Source: Lama glama (lineage: Eukaryota). From it: DNA of 64,000 nucleotides. Positions 51,456 to 64,000 of the stretch are shown here, piece after piece. A program made the translations under genes and the position numbers. The notes below the pieces were generated by a model that saw nothing but the letters and a program-made list of their open reading frames with translations, was not told the origin of the DNA and made no database searches. Position 1 is the first letter of the stretch. Each line of letters starts with the position of its first letter. Where the stretch lies: the NCBI GenBank assembly GCA_028534125.1, contig CM052843.1, forward strand, positions 3,286,001-3,350,000, written 5' to 3'.

Positions 51456-53164
51456 CCTCTGGCACTTCTTTTTCTCTGTGAGAAGTTTACTCATTACAGG
51501 AGGTTATAGAAGGCTTAGGGCTTTTCCTGACACTACTGAAAAAAGGCTGGATTAAAACCGTTACTATCTCGGATATTGGAAACATTCCCTGGGGGTATTC
51601 AATATAATTTCAGATACACTTCTCTTTTTGCTTTACTGGGAAGAGTATAAATATTTATGCTCCTTTTTAATAACATGTAATGTTCTTCATTTAGAGTCAT
51701 ACTTGACCTTTTAAAAGAAAATGCCATGGAATGCTGTAAATTATTGGGCAATGTTTCGTGTAATTTAAAAAGATAAAAGTTTATAATAACCACTTAAGTC
51801 TATTATTTAGTGATACTCCTCATGATCCCTGAAACCACGGATTGACCCTAAGTGAGTTTTTGGAAAAGTTACTGCTGGATGAACGTCTCAGAACACTCAC
51901 ATTAAGGTGGAACTCTGCGTAGAGAAGTTTTCTAAGCTAAAACAATTTAAGGGTTGAAAATCCCCAATCACATTAGGACCTCAAACCTGTTAAAAGGGAC
52001 TAACCATGGGAGGTGAATGAGTGTCTGTCATTAACATTTTATCTCTCAGCTTCAGACTCACCTTTAGTCATGTCTGGGGTTGGGACTCTGCAACTATATT
52101 CCTGGGGGCGCCAGCTGGCTCCTCGCTCGGCTCAGCCAGTCAAGGACCTGAGAGGGAGACCGCAGGGCTGGAACAGGAAGAGAGGACCTGGTCCTTCCTG
52201 TTTCGCTTCCTGTTTTTGCTTTGGCTTCCTGTTCCTGTCAGCCTTGTTTACTTCACCCTGGCAGCAGCAATTCATTCCAATAGGAGCAGCTGAGTCTGGT
52301 TTGAGTAATTCTGCAGTATTTGTAGAACAATCTCTTCACACTCCCCCAGAGAGCCCGGGACCAGCCAGCTGTTACTGTCTCTGTCCAGGTCTGGGCTTCC
52401 AGCCCCACGGTTTCCCCCTCTGGGACCAGATACAGCTGCGGCAGCTAAGCAGTTACCAGAATTTGGGTCTCCTACCATCTGCCACACTCCATTTGAGGTA
52501 GAAATTCTTTAAATGAGGAAGGAAGTCACATGACAGAAAATACTTAGGAAATTATAATGCAAAAATAGTTTCATATTGACAGACTAAAAGATAATGTATA
52601 TTAATTGAAAACTTTACTCATAGCAGTGAAGACAGTGTTCTGTCTGCATCCTGGAAAAAAAGCATATCAGGAAATGTTTTTAAAATTTCAAAAACTAAAA
52701 TTTTCAGATGTTTTAAAGACTATCTAAATGTCATGTTTTGTTCATAGTAAATGGGGTTATTTTAATGCTATGAGATCTTCACATCATTGTTAGGAAAATT
52801 TATTATAAGCTATTTAATATTTAAAATAAAATATAACATGGAAATTATAAAAATTATTTGAGCAAATTATCCTTAACGATTCAGATTTGGTCATAAAGGG
52901 ATGACTAGAGAAATCACTTGCTTAACCCAGTAGTTTGCACATAGTGGTAATAAAGGTATGGCTGTAGATCTGGTTTCCGTGTAGATAAGGCTGTTTCCTT
53001 TTATGTAACATCATTGACTGGTATTGCTCCCCTTCTGTTTTGCATATCCACACAGTAGGTTACTGAATATAAATGGATACCTAGTTTATGATGGTAGTTC
53101 CATCACTAATTAACTATGTGACTTTAAAAAAAAACAATATGTCTCTAAATCTAAGGAGATGAAT

Positions 53165-53555
53165 TAATAACGTGAAGTGAGTGTCCTCTGTGTCTGAGAC
53201 AATGTTAATGCCCGAGGATGCAACAATAAACAAAACTGAGCATCTTTCCTGTCCTCGTGGAGAAGGGAAGGCAGACATAAACCAAATACCGTCATTGTAG
53301 AAAGAAATACAGCAATAAAAATTAGGAGCAGTGCCGTGAAGGAACAGTACGGGTGCTGAGAGGGGACCAGAGGAGCCTCATTTAGTCTGAGAGAGGTGTT
53401 CACGCTGAGATCTGAAGGGTGAAGTAAGGTAACTAGATGATGGAGGGAGGTAGGGGGAGAAGGAGCAATACAGAGGAAGGTCCTGGGGCAGGAAGGAATA
53501 CGCTGTTTTTGTGGAGCTGAAAAAGGATCTGTGTGGCTGGAGCAAAGAGAAACAG
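53165..53555 (-). mobile_element. L2 3' region
   Basis: gtcctctgtgtctgagac...ggcagacataaacc...gctgagatctgaagg...tgtgtggctggagc. Confidence 0.8.
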
Positions 53556-53723
53556 ACCTTTACAAGGGATTATGAAGCTTCTTCCCTATTTAAAATGTCT
53601 ATTCTGTTCTTCTAAGCTTGCATTTTTATGCTTTGGGATTTTTTTTGTTTGAATAGAACTTACAATTAAAGGCTTAAAAGATATTTACCTCATTTTTTTT
53701 GGTGTGGTCCAATGATCTATGTG

Positions 53724-54773
53724 CAGTCAGTCTTTGCTTTGCATAGCTCTACGATGATGAATTTCAATTACTAATGCTTATTTAAATAACACCAGTCCCC
53801 AACAGCACAAATCAAATTTCAGCTACCACATACATTAACTGTGAGTAATTTTATGAAGTCCTAGCTTTGCTGCTAGGTTTTCAGTCCACGAATCACTAAG
53901 TAAATAACAGATGGGCAGGAGGAGCAGAGACCAATCACATCACCCCTTTCAAAGTCTGTCAGTGATTTGTCACTGCTTCTGTTAGTTCACACACAAATAG
54001 CAAATGTGTAGTTGTGTTGTCTCCTTGTCTTGCAGTGATAAATACATGCGGCATTTTATAAGAATGGGTAGTCAAAAGAGGGAAGGAGTGCAGGAAAGAA
54101 TCGAAGAGTGACACTGGAAAGAAAATTAAAATTACATGTAAATTGAATTATAGGAGAAATAGCTGACTACAGGGATACAGACATCCTTCCAATCCAGAGT
54201 CTCTGGAGATGGAACCAGAGGAACGTCATAAAATGAAACATATTGACATAAACGAAGAAATTGGTTGTGATGCGCTGAAAAGAGATGAAGATGTCCCAGA
54301 GGAAGTGACACAGGCCAAAAAAACCACACACACATTGAAGAAATCTCAAGTAGTTTACAACATTGATAAAATATCAAAGCTGATCCAGTTTTAGGAGTAT
54401 GACAATCCACCAAGGATAAAAGAGATGCTTGCTCCATATCATAAAATGAGAAGTACTACTCAAAGTAACTTTTGGTAAGTCTTTTTTACAAAGAAATAAA
54501 GCACACTAATTATTGGTATTTTTGTATTACTGTACAAAAATTCTAAATTACAGTGTACTAAATAACCATTAGTTTCACTGTATTTTCCTGTATGTGTGCA
54601 TAGGGAATTTACATATATGTATACATGTGTAAATAGATGTATTTATAACCTAAGAGTTCTTAAGTTTTTAATGTTTTGACAAAAAATTTTAAAGATCAGG
54701 GAAAATCCTGTTTTCATATCACTTTGCATGGTTTCCGTTTTTGGTCCCACATTACTGAGCAAAGCAAAAACTG
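53724..54773. mobile_element. TcMar-Tigger non-autonomous element (~1 kb)
   Basis: Imperfect terminal inverted repeats cagtctttgctttgc ... gcaaagcaaaaactg; internal acidic transposase-like remnant (EEIGCDALKRDEDVPEEV). Confidence 0.7.
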
Positions 54774-55181
54774 TTCATAGTTTTTGCTGAATCTAGGTGT
54801 CATATGAAAGCAGACATGTTTTAGAAGGTTGGAGTCGTTTTCTAAAAATCTCTCAGTCTTGAAGAATTCTAAGCCAACAACAGACCTGGAAAATCACATT
54901 GGTTAATTAAATCTTTAGAATGTCATCCAAATATTAGAAACCAAATTTTAGGCTTTAAGTACCTCCAAAGTCTGAAAAATCCAAGATCTGATATACTTCA
55001 GTAGGTACAATGAAAATAGGAAAATCTGTCCATCTTACATTTTATTTAGCCTTAGGTATTTCTTTTTCACTATAGAATATTATTTAAAATGTATTAATCG
55101 AGAATATTTGTGAATGAAATGTGCAAAACAGTTACAAGGTAATATAAATCAAAGGGAAACAAGGATGAACAATTTACATAC

Positions 55182-55229
55182 CGGTTGTAGAAGTCATCTC
55201 TGTAGTAATCATAGTCAAAGACGTAACCA
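55182..55229 (-). CDS. RALYL: RALYL internal coding exon (48 nt; GYVFDYDYYRDDFYNR)
   Basis: Minus strand reads cctag|T GGT TAC GTC TTT GAC TAT GAT TAC TAC AGA GAT GAC TTC TAC AAC CG|gtatgt. Canonical AG/GT; the peptide matches RALYL as I recall it, and the split codon CG|G joins the next exon in frame. Confidence 0.96.
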
Positions 55230-57979
55230 CTAGGGAGGGAAACAAACAATTAGTCGTTGACATTTGTTTTAATCACATTAACTTTGGTATCCATTTCTAC
55301 TGTAATAGCAACACATTTATGTTACTTTTAAATATTTATTTTTCCATGTAACTCTGCCTCTGAAGGGTTTACAAGAATATGTCCAATTGAACATGGCACA
55401 TCAAACTCTTCTTATATGTTTGACAGTGTAGAGACTGATGATGGTTTCAGTCATCTGGAATGGAAGATGAGAGCAGATAGCAAAATAAATTTCTGTAATA
55501 CCTGTAAGACTTATTTTTTCCCAGATAAGACATGACATAGTTATCCCTTCTTCCTAAGGTATGTGTAATGAGGCTAACTAAAAAATAAGCAAATAGTATA
55601 GAAATAATATAAATAAAAATGTTTAATGACCCATTCCGTAAGATTTAAGCAATTAACAGTGTTCTAAAAAATATTGTGAATTGTGGAACATTTTCAACAG
55701 ATTAGATATTTAAGTCTTAGCAATTTGGCACCACCTTTCACCTGTCATTGTCAAAAATAAATGTCTAAATATTTTACTAAATTCTCCAGCAAAGATAATT
55801 TGGCAGCATGATCTTTGTAATATGGAAGGAAAGCTCAGGATTCAATCACAGCAATAGGAAACTCTCTCTTCCCACGTGGTTGGTTTAGAGCAGCAGCTGA
55901 CACGGTTATCACATAGTATTTTGCACACACACTTACAGTGCCCTTCAAATAATGAATTGATGCACTTAATGAAATTGAACAGCTGTTCACTGTACAAAAG
56001 GGCAGAGATGCTATCAAATTCTTTCTCAAGAGCTTCAAACCAAAACCCAGGGACTGAAGAAAATTAGCACTGAGTGCTCTGATTTATTGGCCAGGCCCCT
56101 CATCTGTGATCTGATGGTCTTACACAGGAGCTCGGAGCTCTTAGCTTGCCACGGGCCTACTGAGATTCATGTGGATGATCAAGGGTGTGTGATTAAGGAA
56201 CACATTTAAAAAATAACTTCTCCAGAGAGCATCACTTTTTAAAAGACTTTCAAGATTTTTAGCATCCAGTGGGGCCATCACATAGACTTCCCTAAAATAC
56301 CACCCACATGACATGATAATTTAGCCAATATCTGAGAGAAATGCCTCATCAAGTGCTTCATCTTTCATATGCTTTACATGAAAGCTAAAAGGAAGCCACC
56401 ACCGAGGGTTGCCCACTGTTGAGTCAAACCACAGGCCCTGTTGCGTTGTTTTGAAGTTGAACGTGGCCTGCAGGTTCTAAATGGTGAGTTTGAATGTAAG
56501 CTAGTAATAAGTTCACAAAAGAAATAATAAAATTTCTAAAAACATAAAACATTTGGGAGTTGGTGTTTCATTTTAATATATATCTTAGCTAGCATGCCAA
56601 AATATAGCCACTCACTGTATTTTTTTTCCTGCTAAGCTCTCAAAGCATAAGTGACACCTGCTTTTTGTTAATATTTGGCCCCTATTGGTAATGCTGTGAC
56701 AACTGATTTGTTCTGCAGAGTTAAGCAGGAAATCTTTTGAATCAAAAAGCATTCTGTACTTTGAAAATGTCATTAAAGGTGCTGAAAAGTTCACATTTTG
56801 AGGTTGATGAAATAAAGATCAGTCATTCTTGGCTGGATGAACAGAATTTAATTGGGAAGTGAGGCTTTAAAACTTTTGCCAACATTTTCATAATGCAAAT
56901 CTGGAATTCACAATGCCTCTAAAAGCAATAAATAATATTTTATGTACATAATTATTTTCCTGAATAATTAAAGCTCTTATTTAGGTACTCATGATTCAAA
57001 TGAATATGAAATTCAGAAGAGAGCATGAAATGTTAATATGCATGAAATTGGCAGCTCTTTAAGCAAAAGCCCCACGCTGGACTCCATTCCAAAATGACTA
57101 CCAATACGCTGTGGGTCTTTGTGGCGATTACATCACGTCTCTGTGTTTCAGTTTTCCAGTATTAAAAGAGTTATAATATCTGTTTTCTCTATATGAGAAT
57201 CTGTAATGATTCAATGAACAGAAAATTAAGGCTCATCAATACCTTGAATCCTCTAAGAAGAGTGCTTACTGCCAGGAAATTACTTAGATGATCAAGTATG
57301 ATTCAACTTGAAGTATACTTAAGAAGTTAAAAAAGACAGAAAGAACTTATTCTTTTCAAAGAAGCTTAACTAGTTTTCATTCCTTTGAAGTGGATTGATT
57401 TTGGATGGATGAAAGCAAAGCGCTTCATTTATTTTGCGTCCTTATTTCTAGGAAGCAATTGTTTTCAGGACAGATTTTTTAAAGTATGAGGCTAAGATCT
57501 CATTTCCAATTGAATCGACAGCACTCTCTTCATGCAGTGTTTCTACATATGACATCTACGTTATCTGAGCCACCGTTTCTATCGTATTCATAGACACTTT
57601 CGATAAGTACATCTTTCATCAGTCAGATTATATGCCTACCCTTCCCAATGTGTTCCTAAAGGATAGTGCTGGTTTTTCTTTAAAACAATAAGGAAACAGT
57701 GGCAGTTGTGTAAGTTCATATACCTGTCAAAGCCTGATTCTTTTAGATTTGATTCCATAATATCACTTAAGATTAGTTCTTCTCAGGAGTAGGGGTTTAT
57801 GTATGCTAAGTTCAGTTATTTATTTTCTCATATACAGGTATTTGATATCTACCAATTAGTTTGGCTAAGTTAGAATTGTGTGCTTGGAAGTGATCCTCAA
57901 ACCTCCACAGATTTTCAAGTCTCATTAGACTTGCCTTCTGAAACCATATTCAATATCTTGTAGTGACCTGTGGTGAAGA

Positions 57980-58108
57980 AGAGCATGAGAATGGATGGAT
58001 GCATGTCCTATGTGCCGGAAGCATTGTGTGCACCAGAAATTGACACGACATCGTAAACTGACTGCACGTCATAAAAGTACATAAAAATAAAGTAAAATTA
58101 AAATTAAA
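57980..58108 (+). mobile_element. Young L1 3' tail with 9-bp TSD
   Basis: caccagaaattgacacgacatcgtaaactgact plus A-rich tail; TSD tggtgaaga at 57971-57979 and 58109-58117. Confidence 0.88.
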
Positions 58109-59544
58109 TGGTGAAGATTGCTATGGCCAGGAGTTTAGAAGATACAGTTAGATTATTGAGCCAATATTATTAAAGTTACAATTTTAACATTTTATCTTAA
58201 ACAGACATATAGCCTGTATGAGATCAGATTTGTTATTGAGTTGAATGGATTTAATGACTAAATAGGTGCTTTTTACTTTTACATATATTGATATCAAATG
58301 ATAGACTAATTTTAAATGCCTTAATTTATTACGGTCAAAGATCTCATCCAGACTTTGGGGAGAGGCTGCCCGTGATATATAATGATACCAATTCTCAAAG
58401 TGAAACTGATACGAACAGTGACATTTGGCTTAATGTGACACTTTATTACATGAACGAATTTGACAGTAGGGGAAGTGCTGATAACACTTTCTTGAAATAT
58501 CATGAGCTATAAAGTCCTGCACCACTGCTTTCTTTATAAGCAGAACTTAAATAAATCTATTTAATGATCCTATGTATTTTCTTCCCTCCGACTAACACTA
58601 CATTCCTGCCTGCTATAATCTGCAATTACTCCCTTTTCCCTGAGGAGAACATTTCACTGAAGAAATAAAAGCCATTTCAGTTGCAATCAGCCCCTCTGTT
58701 CCCCAAGACATTTTTAAATTGTTAAGAATTGAGGAAGGCTCTTTGATGATGCAACTGTATTTTATTATTGAAGACTGACTGAATTCTTGCTTCAGAAAAA
58801 AACAAATGTGTCTTGGAACCCATGCGTTCAAGGCACCACTGTCAAAATATATACATATGTGATTGATTACCCAATTTATTGGTGATATTTTTGTATGCCA
58901 TCAGAGTGCAGTTTAAATGATTTTGACAAGTACTGAAGAGTGTCATTGACAAGTGCAGAAATAAATGATGGGTTAAAGCTTTCAAATGTTTTTACAGCAT
59001 TTCACTGAGTGGCAGGTTGATAAATTAAAATTACAGTTGTAGCATCAGGCTTGAAAGCACAACTGCTTTGGATGACAAAAATAGCGCTGTGGCAACTGTG
59101 TGTACTCTCCAGAGAAGTAGCCTGGAGGACCTTGGGAAAAAACAAAACCAGTGCCGGTGCTAAAGGAATCATTAATTTTGTGCTAGCATGGCACTGAGTC
59201 TGAAAAAAACTAAAAAAAAAATAGATTTTTAGAAGAGGAAAATTGGCTTTATCCCATTTTCCCTTTTTCCCTGGAGACCTAAAGAAAATTGAAACCACAC
59301 CATCAAAAGATAGGCATTGAACTGACCATTAGTGATTACCTGATGTCAGATGAGCATATTTCAAGCTTAGGGGCAGTGTCTTGTTAATGTCTCCATTGTT
59401 TCTACACCTGGATTTTATCTTGTCATTCTGTCACCGTGATTCCAGCAAATTCAGTTGAGAAAATTCTGAGACATCACTGTCACTCACTGATGCTGATATT
59501 ATTAAACAAAATATTTCATCATCAGGCATTTCCTTTCCATTCTT

Positions 59545-60200
59545 TTTTTTTTCTTTTAGGGATTTTATCTTATTTTTTTTTGACAAAGGAAAGTTGTCTA
59601 CACGTAAGGTATACAACATGATGTTTTGATACATATACACATTAGGAAATGGATTCCATCAAGCTAATTTAACATATCCATCACTTCACATACTTTTTTT
59701 TGATGAGAACACTTAAGATCTACTTTTATTTTTTTTAAGCAAATTTCAGGTATACAATACAGTATTGTTGACTGTAATTGCCATTCTGAAACTGTAAATT
59801 CCCCAGAACTTCATCATCCTGCTAAATGAAACTTTGTTGCCCCATTTCCCCCTCCTCCCTGGCAACCAATTCTATTCTCTGTTTCTGAGTTGGGCTATTT
59901 TAGCTTCCACATATACATGAGATCATAAGGCATTTGTCTGTGTCTGGCTTATTTCACTTAGCATAATGTCCTCCCCAAGTTTATCCACAATGTCAAAAAT
60001 GCCAGGATTTCCTTCTTTTTAAAGACTGAATAATACTCCATTGTGTGTATGTGTGTGTGTATGTATCTATCTATCATATTATCACATTTTCTCTATCCGT
60101 TCATCTGTCAGCGGACACTTTGGTTGTTTCCACATCTTGGCTATTGTGAACAACGCTGCAGTGAACATGGGAGTACAGGTACCTCTCGGAGATACGGATT
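59545..60200 (-). mobile_element. L1MA-type 3' end running into a gap
   Basis: tacaacatgatgttttgatacatatacac...tggcttatttcacttagcataatg...ttccacatcttggctattgtgaa. Confidence 0.92.
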
Positions 60201-60397
60201 NNNNNNNNNNNNNNNNNNNNNNNNNNNNNNNNNNNNNNNNNNNNNNNNNNNNNNNNNNNNNNNNNNNNNNNNNNNNNNNNNNNNNNNNNNNNNNNNNNNN
60301 NNNNNNNNNNNNNNNNNNNNNNNNNNNNNNNNNNNNNNNNNNNNNNNNNNNNNNNNNNNNNNNNNNNNNNNNNNNNNNNNNNNNNNNNNNNNNNNNN
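60201..60397. other. Assembly gap at the edge of an L1
   Basis: N run. Confidence 0.99.
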
Positions 60398-61329
60398 CCT
60401 TTCCAACAGGTGGAGGGGATTCCACCCTGCTCAAGTCCTGAGTCTTTTCACGTCATGCTGCACTACTGCAACAGCTTCCTAAGTGGCTCTACTGTGACCT
60501 CACTTTGGAGAACATCACTCGTCAGTGAAAAGCAAAGCAGAGGCACAAGTCCACATATAACCATCCAGTAACTCTCCCGAATCCACAGAGTGTAAAGGCA
60601 GTTCCCTGCATTAGAGAAATTTCTCAGCATTCAGCTACGGCGTTAACTTGCTCATCTGATCTGTCTCAGGTCTCTTCATGGGCCTTCAAGCTTGCGAGGC
60701 TGGGGGTGTGATGTGCCTGGCGCAGTCTCCTCTCCGCTGCCGCTCGCCCGGTGCTGCCTTCCAGGAAGGCTCCTCTTGATACCGCTCTACTGAATTCCTA
60801 CCTCACCTTGAGGATCAACTCAGGTCCTGTTTTTCTGTCTTGAAAATATTCCTGGCCGTCTGGCCAATTTCTTCAACGTCCCAATTCCTAGATTAAGACA
60901 ACCTCTTAATTCCTAAATGGTCGGTAAACACCAGTCGATTTACAGCAGTCATATAATTCTGTTTTTACTTTTTGATGCTCTGTTACAACTGTCCCTAAAC
61001 TGGTATTGCTTTCTTGGTTTTATGCTATTATTAAGGTTTTAAATATTGTGCTTTTTAATACAAATCTAAGCACATTCCCAAACTGTCTTCCTGTCTTTAC
61101 GCTATTTTTATTTTTTTCTTGTCTATCTTCCTCAAAGGTCTCCCGAGGAAAGCAGTTCTTTACTGCTCTGCTGATTGCATTCTCTTCTGAATTTCTTTTC
61201 CAAGAATTCAGTTCTGTTAGTACTCTTCTAGAATATTCGGGCTTTTGGACTTAATTAGTTGGAATTTCTGTAATTCAGAGGAACTCACTCTTTTGGGAAA
61301 GATATATCACTTAGTTGTTGCAAACTGTT

Positions 61330-61550
61330 GATAGCAATTGATATTTATTTCTTGTGTGCTGTGTGTCAGATACTGCTCTGAGCACTTTGCAACGTTATCT
61401 TATTCACAACAGCCTTAAGGGTTAGTTACCACCTCAACGGAGAAAATGAAGGCTCAGAGGAGTTAAACGAATTGCCCAAGGCACCGTAGGAGGAAATGGC
61501 AGGATGAGTCTCAAACCAAGGAAATCAGATTGCAGAATTTAGTCTCTTAA
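61330..61550 (-). mobile_element. MIR
   Basis: tgtcagatactgctctgagcacttt...gaaaatgaaggctcagaggagttaa...gcccaagg. Confidence 0.8.
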
Positions 61551-64000
61551 AACAGGTAGCTAATGGTATAATAAATAATGTGTAGTATCTGTTAGTAAAT
61601 ACAAGGTCTCAAACAAAACCTGGACAAAAGTAAACTTGGGTAAATCTTTGACTACTAAGAGTGTCAGAGTTTAAAGGACATCTTTATAACGACAGCAGAA
61701 GTATACTGAAGATCCAAGTTCAGTTCCAGGTCTAGAAAGAAAAGGGTGAAATGATCTCCAAGGAAAATTATTTAACAAAGTATAGCTGTTAGCAATTACG
61801 GGAGGAATACTTTTAATTGCAGGGCGAACTTTGCTGCCCCGGCAGTGTTAGGTCCCTCTTGTTTGGACTTAATAGGATAGATCTGGTATCTCTCAGGGGA
61901 TGCAGAAACTCCAGGCTCGGCTGGGCCCCTCGCAGAACCAGTGCCTCCACTGAGAGAAATAGAATCATTTTGGTATTTGCATCCTTGGTGCGTTTTTGAA
62001 TGCCTCTCAGCCAAGCCTGAGAAACAATATATTCTGAGCTATGTCAATAACAATTGTAAACTCTTCTGAGTTATTTAAATTATTCTAATACATTGGGAAA
62101 AGTCTGAAAAAAAATTTACCCATGCGGTAAATAATCCTCCTTATGTTAAAACTACTCATACAAAAATTCATCAACTGAAAAATTGGTATGAATTAACGTG
62201 TCAATTTCAAAATAACAACGGATTCACATAAAGAGTCTTTGCAAAAGGTTAACTTCATGCTAAAGAGATAAGAAGAAATAATTTACATGGAAAATTTCAT
62301 TTAGTGCCTTGGCCCACTCTTAAAGTGGCTCAGTGTCTGCAGAGTGTCGACAGTCACTTGAACTTGAAGGGAACTCGTGCAATGTCTCGGCATGTCCTTC
62401 TGAATCATGAATCTCAAATGTCAAATGAACAGGAGCCTCCTTTTTCCCCTCAGCTCTATTTTTCAATAAAAAGCTGTAAAAAGCTTTTTCAAGGCAAGAC
62501 TAGTTTTAAACTAAGATTTATTGTCTTAGAATTTTAATTGAGACCATCTCTTGGTTCTTGTTCACTTTTCCAAATGCAAAGTTGATGTCTGTTCTCTCTC
62601 AGCTTATTTCCCAAATCAGAATCCATCTGATGCCACATACAAGAAAAACATTTGCCAGAGGAATTTTCTGAATTGCTCTAAAATATAGTGCTTTGAGGAT
62701 GAGTAGAATATCGGCTCTTTAGTATTCATTTAACATTCAAGCCTAAACTCCCTGCTAGAAAACAAAGTTGATTAAGTGATATTTTTTACTTTTAGGTGAG
62801 TGAGATAGGAAAGAACATGAATTTTTAAATCTACTATTTAAATGTATTATATTTGTAATAAAAAAGTATTTTAGATTATGTATTTTAATAAATGTATATA
62901 TGTAATATATATTACTTGTAAATAAAACATTTGTGTTATAAATTTATAATTTTAAATATAAAACATTTTCTTAACATATAATCCAATATTTAGTAGATAT
63001 GAAACTTCACTATTTACTAATTTAATATAATCAGAGCCTTAGGTTTAGGACATCAGAATGAGTTTTATGTACCTGAGCACAGGCAGTGTGCTCCGTGTGC
63101 ACCACGGTGACTTCTATGGCGCGCCTTCTGGTCTCCTTCATCTATCCTGGTCTCAGATGGCTGCACTCTGAGATCAGCGTGTCCACCTCCACCATATGCA
63201 TCCAAGACACGGGGAGACCATGAGAGGCTGTATTTCAAAGACCTTCTGAAGTGATTCTACAGACCATAAATGTCTACAAGAACAACCTGTCTATGTTCTT
63301 ACAGGAAGGATGAGGGAGGTTCCAAGCAAGATGTAGACAATGGGTCCAGGCCTGGCTGGTACCAGGATTATCTAGATAGACTTGGAAACATTGTATCTCT
63401 CAACCTACCTGGATGAACAGAATCAGACTCTGGGATGAGCCTTCATGCCTCACTCGAGGCTAAAGTTTATGTTTAATTTTTCCTAATGATATTATTTTAC
63501 TAATCATTTACTGGTATATATGAAAGAAAGTTTCTCTTACATCAACGCAGGGCTGAAGGTCTGAGATCTGAGATTTCACTTAACTTCCTTTCACAATTCC
63601 CTAACCTTTTAACCATCTCCTAACCTTTAACAAGCAAATATTTCCTTGTGTTATAACTTTGACAGATTTTTCCATTGGGCTATTTAGTTTGTATTTATGT
63701 CTGTGACATTTAAAACTTTTATTTCATAATTACGGTAGCGCATTTATCAAAGGAGGAATTCTGCTCCCTAATTTACATTAAGAAGAGACGCACGTAAAAA
63801 TGTATCAATATTTCTTCCCATTTAAAAAACTTAAATGACAATTAGTGTCGATCATTCAAATGCAAAACAGAATATCTGTCATCTTTATTCCGTTCACAAT
63901 TTTCATTTCTTTCTATTATAAAAATTTCTTTTGATTTCCACATGCAAGTCAAAGCGTACCTTGTAAAAGTGGCATTTTTTTCTCTGAACTATTTCAGACT

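Noticed and set aside
52013-52501. Longest gap-free ORF (162 aa)
   Set aside because: Non-ATG start, antisense to RALYL, no recognisable domain; expected by chance in a GC-rich patch.
60041-60571. Long ORFs spanning N-runs
   Set aside because: Artefacts of gaps and antisense L1 sequence.
63940-64000. Possible upstream RALYL exon (…ttttacaag|gtacgc on the minus strand)
   Set aside because: Its translation does not match the recalled upstream RALYL peptide; that exon is probably beyond the window.
1-64000. Prokaryote-type systems (CRISPR arrays, operons, retrons) or an intact provirus
   Set aside because: No regular repeat-spacer array or long ORFs; the sequence is mammalian intron.

Overview
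Mammalian genomic DNA, very probably from a camelid (tRNA-Ala-derived SINEs of the camelid Vic-1 type and lineage-specific L1 3' tails). The window lies inside the RALYL gene (RALY-like RNA-binding protein) on the minus strand. Three coding exons are visible (55182-55229, 46035-46198, 18920-19092). The coiled-coil exon that should lie between the last two was not found and probably falls in the N-gap at 30641-30796; skipping it would create an in-frame TAA at the junction. The rest is intronic and filled with L1, L2, MIR, SINE, LTR and DNA-transposon relics. The most unusual items are: (i) an apparent L1-mobilised processed copy of an ERV1 transcript at 33707-34288 (env tail, PPT, U3, R, poly(A), no U5, CpG-decayed TSD), in sense orientation to RALYL; (ii) a diverged ~380-bp local duplication with copies 5 kb apart; (iii) a tail-less internal L1 ORF2 fragment; and (iv) an open read-through extension of the acidic exon. 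I see no evidence for a novel multi-gene system. Repeat family names are from recall, not a database search, and repeat boundaries without TSDs are approximate.
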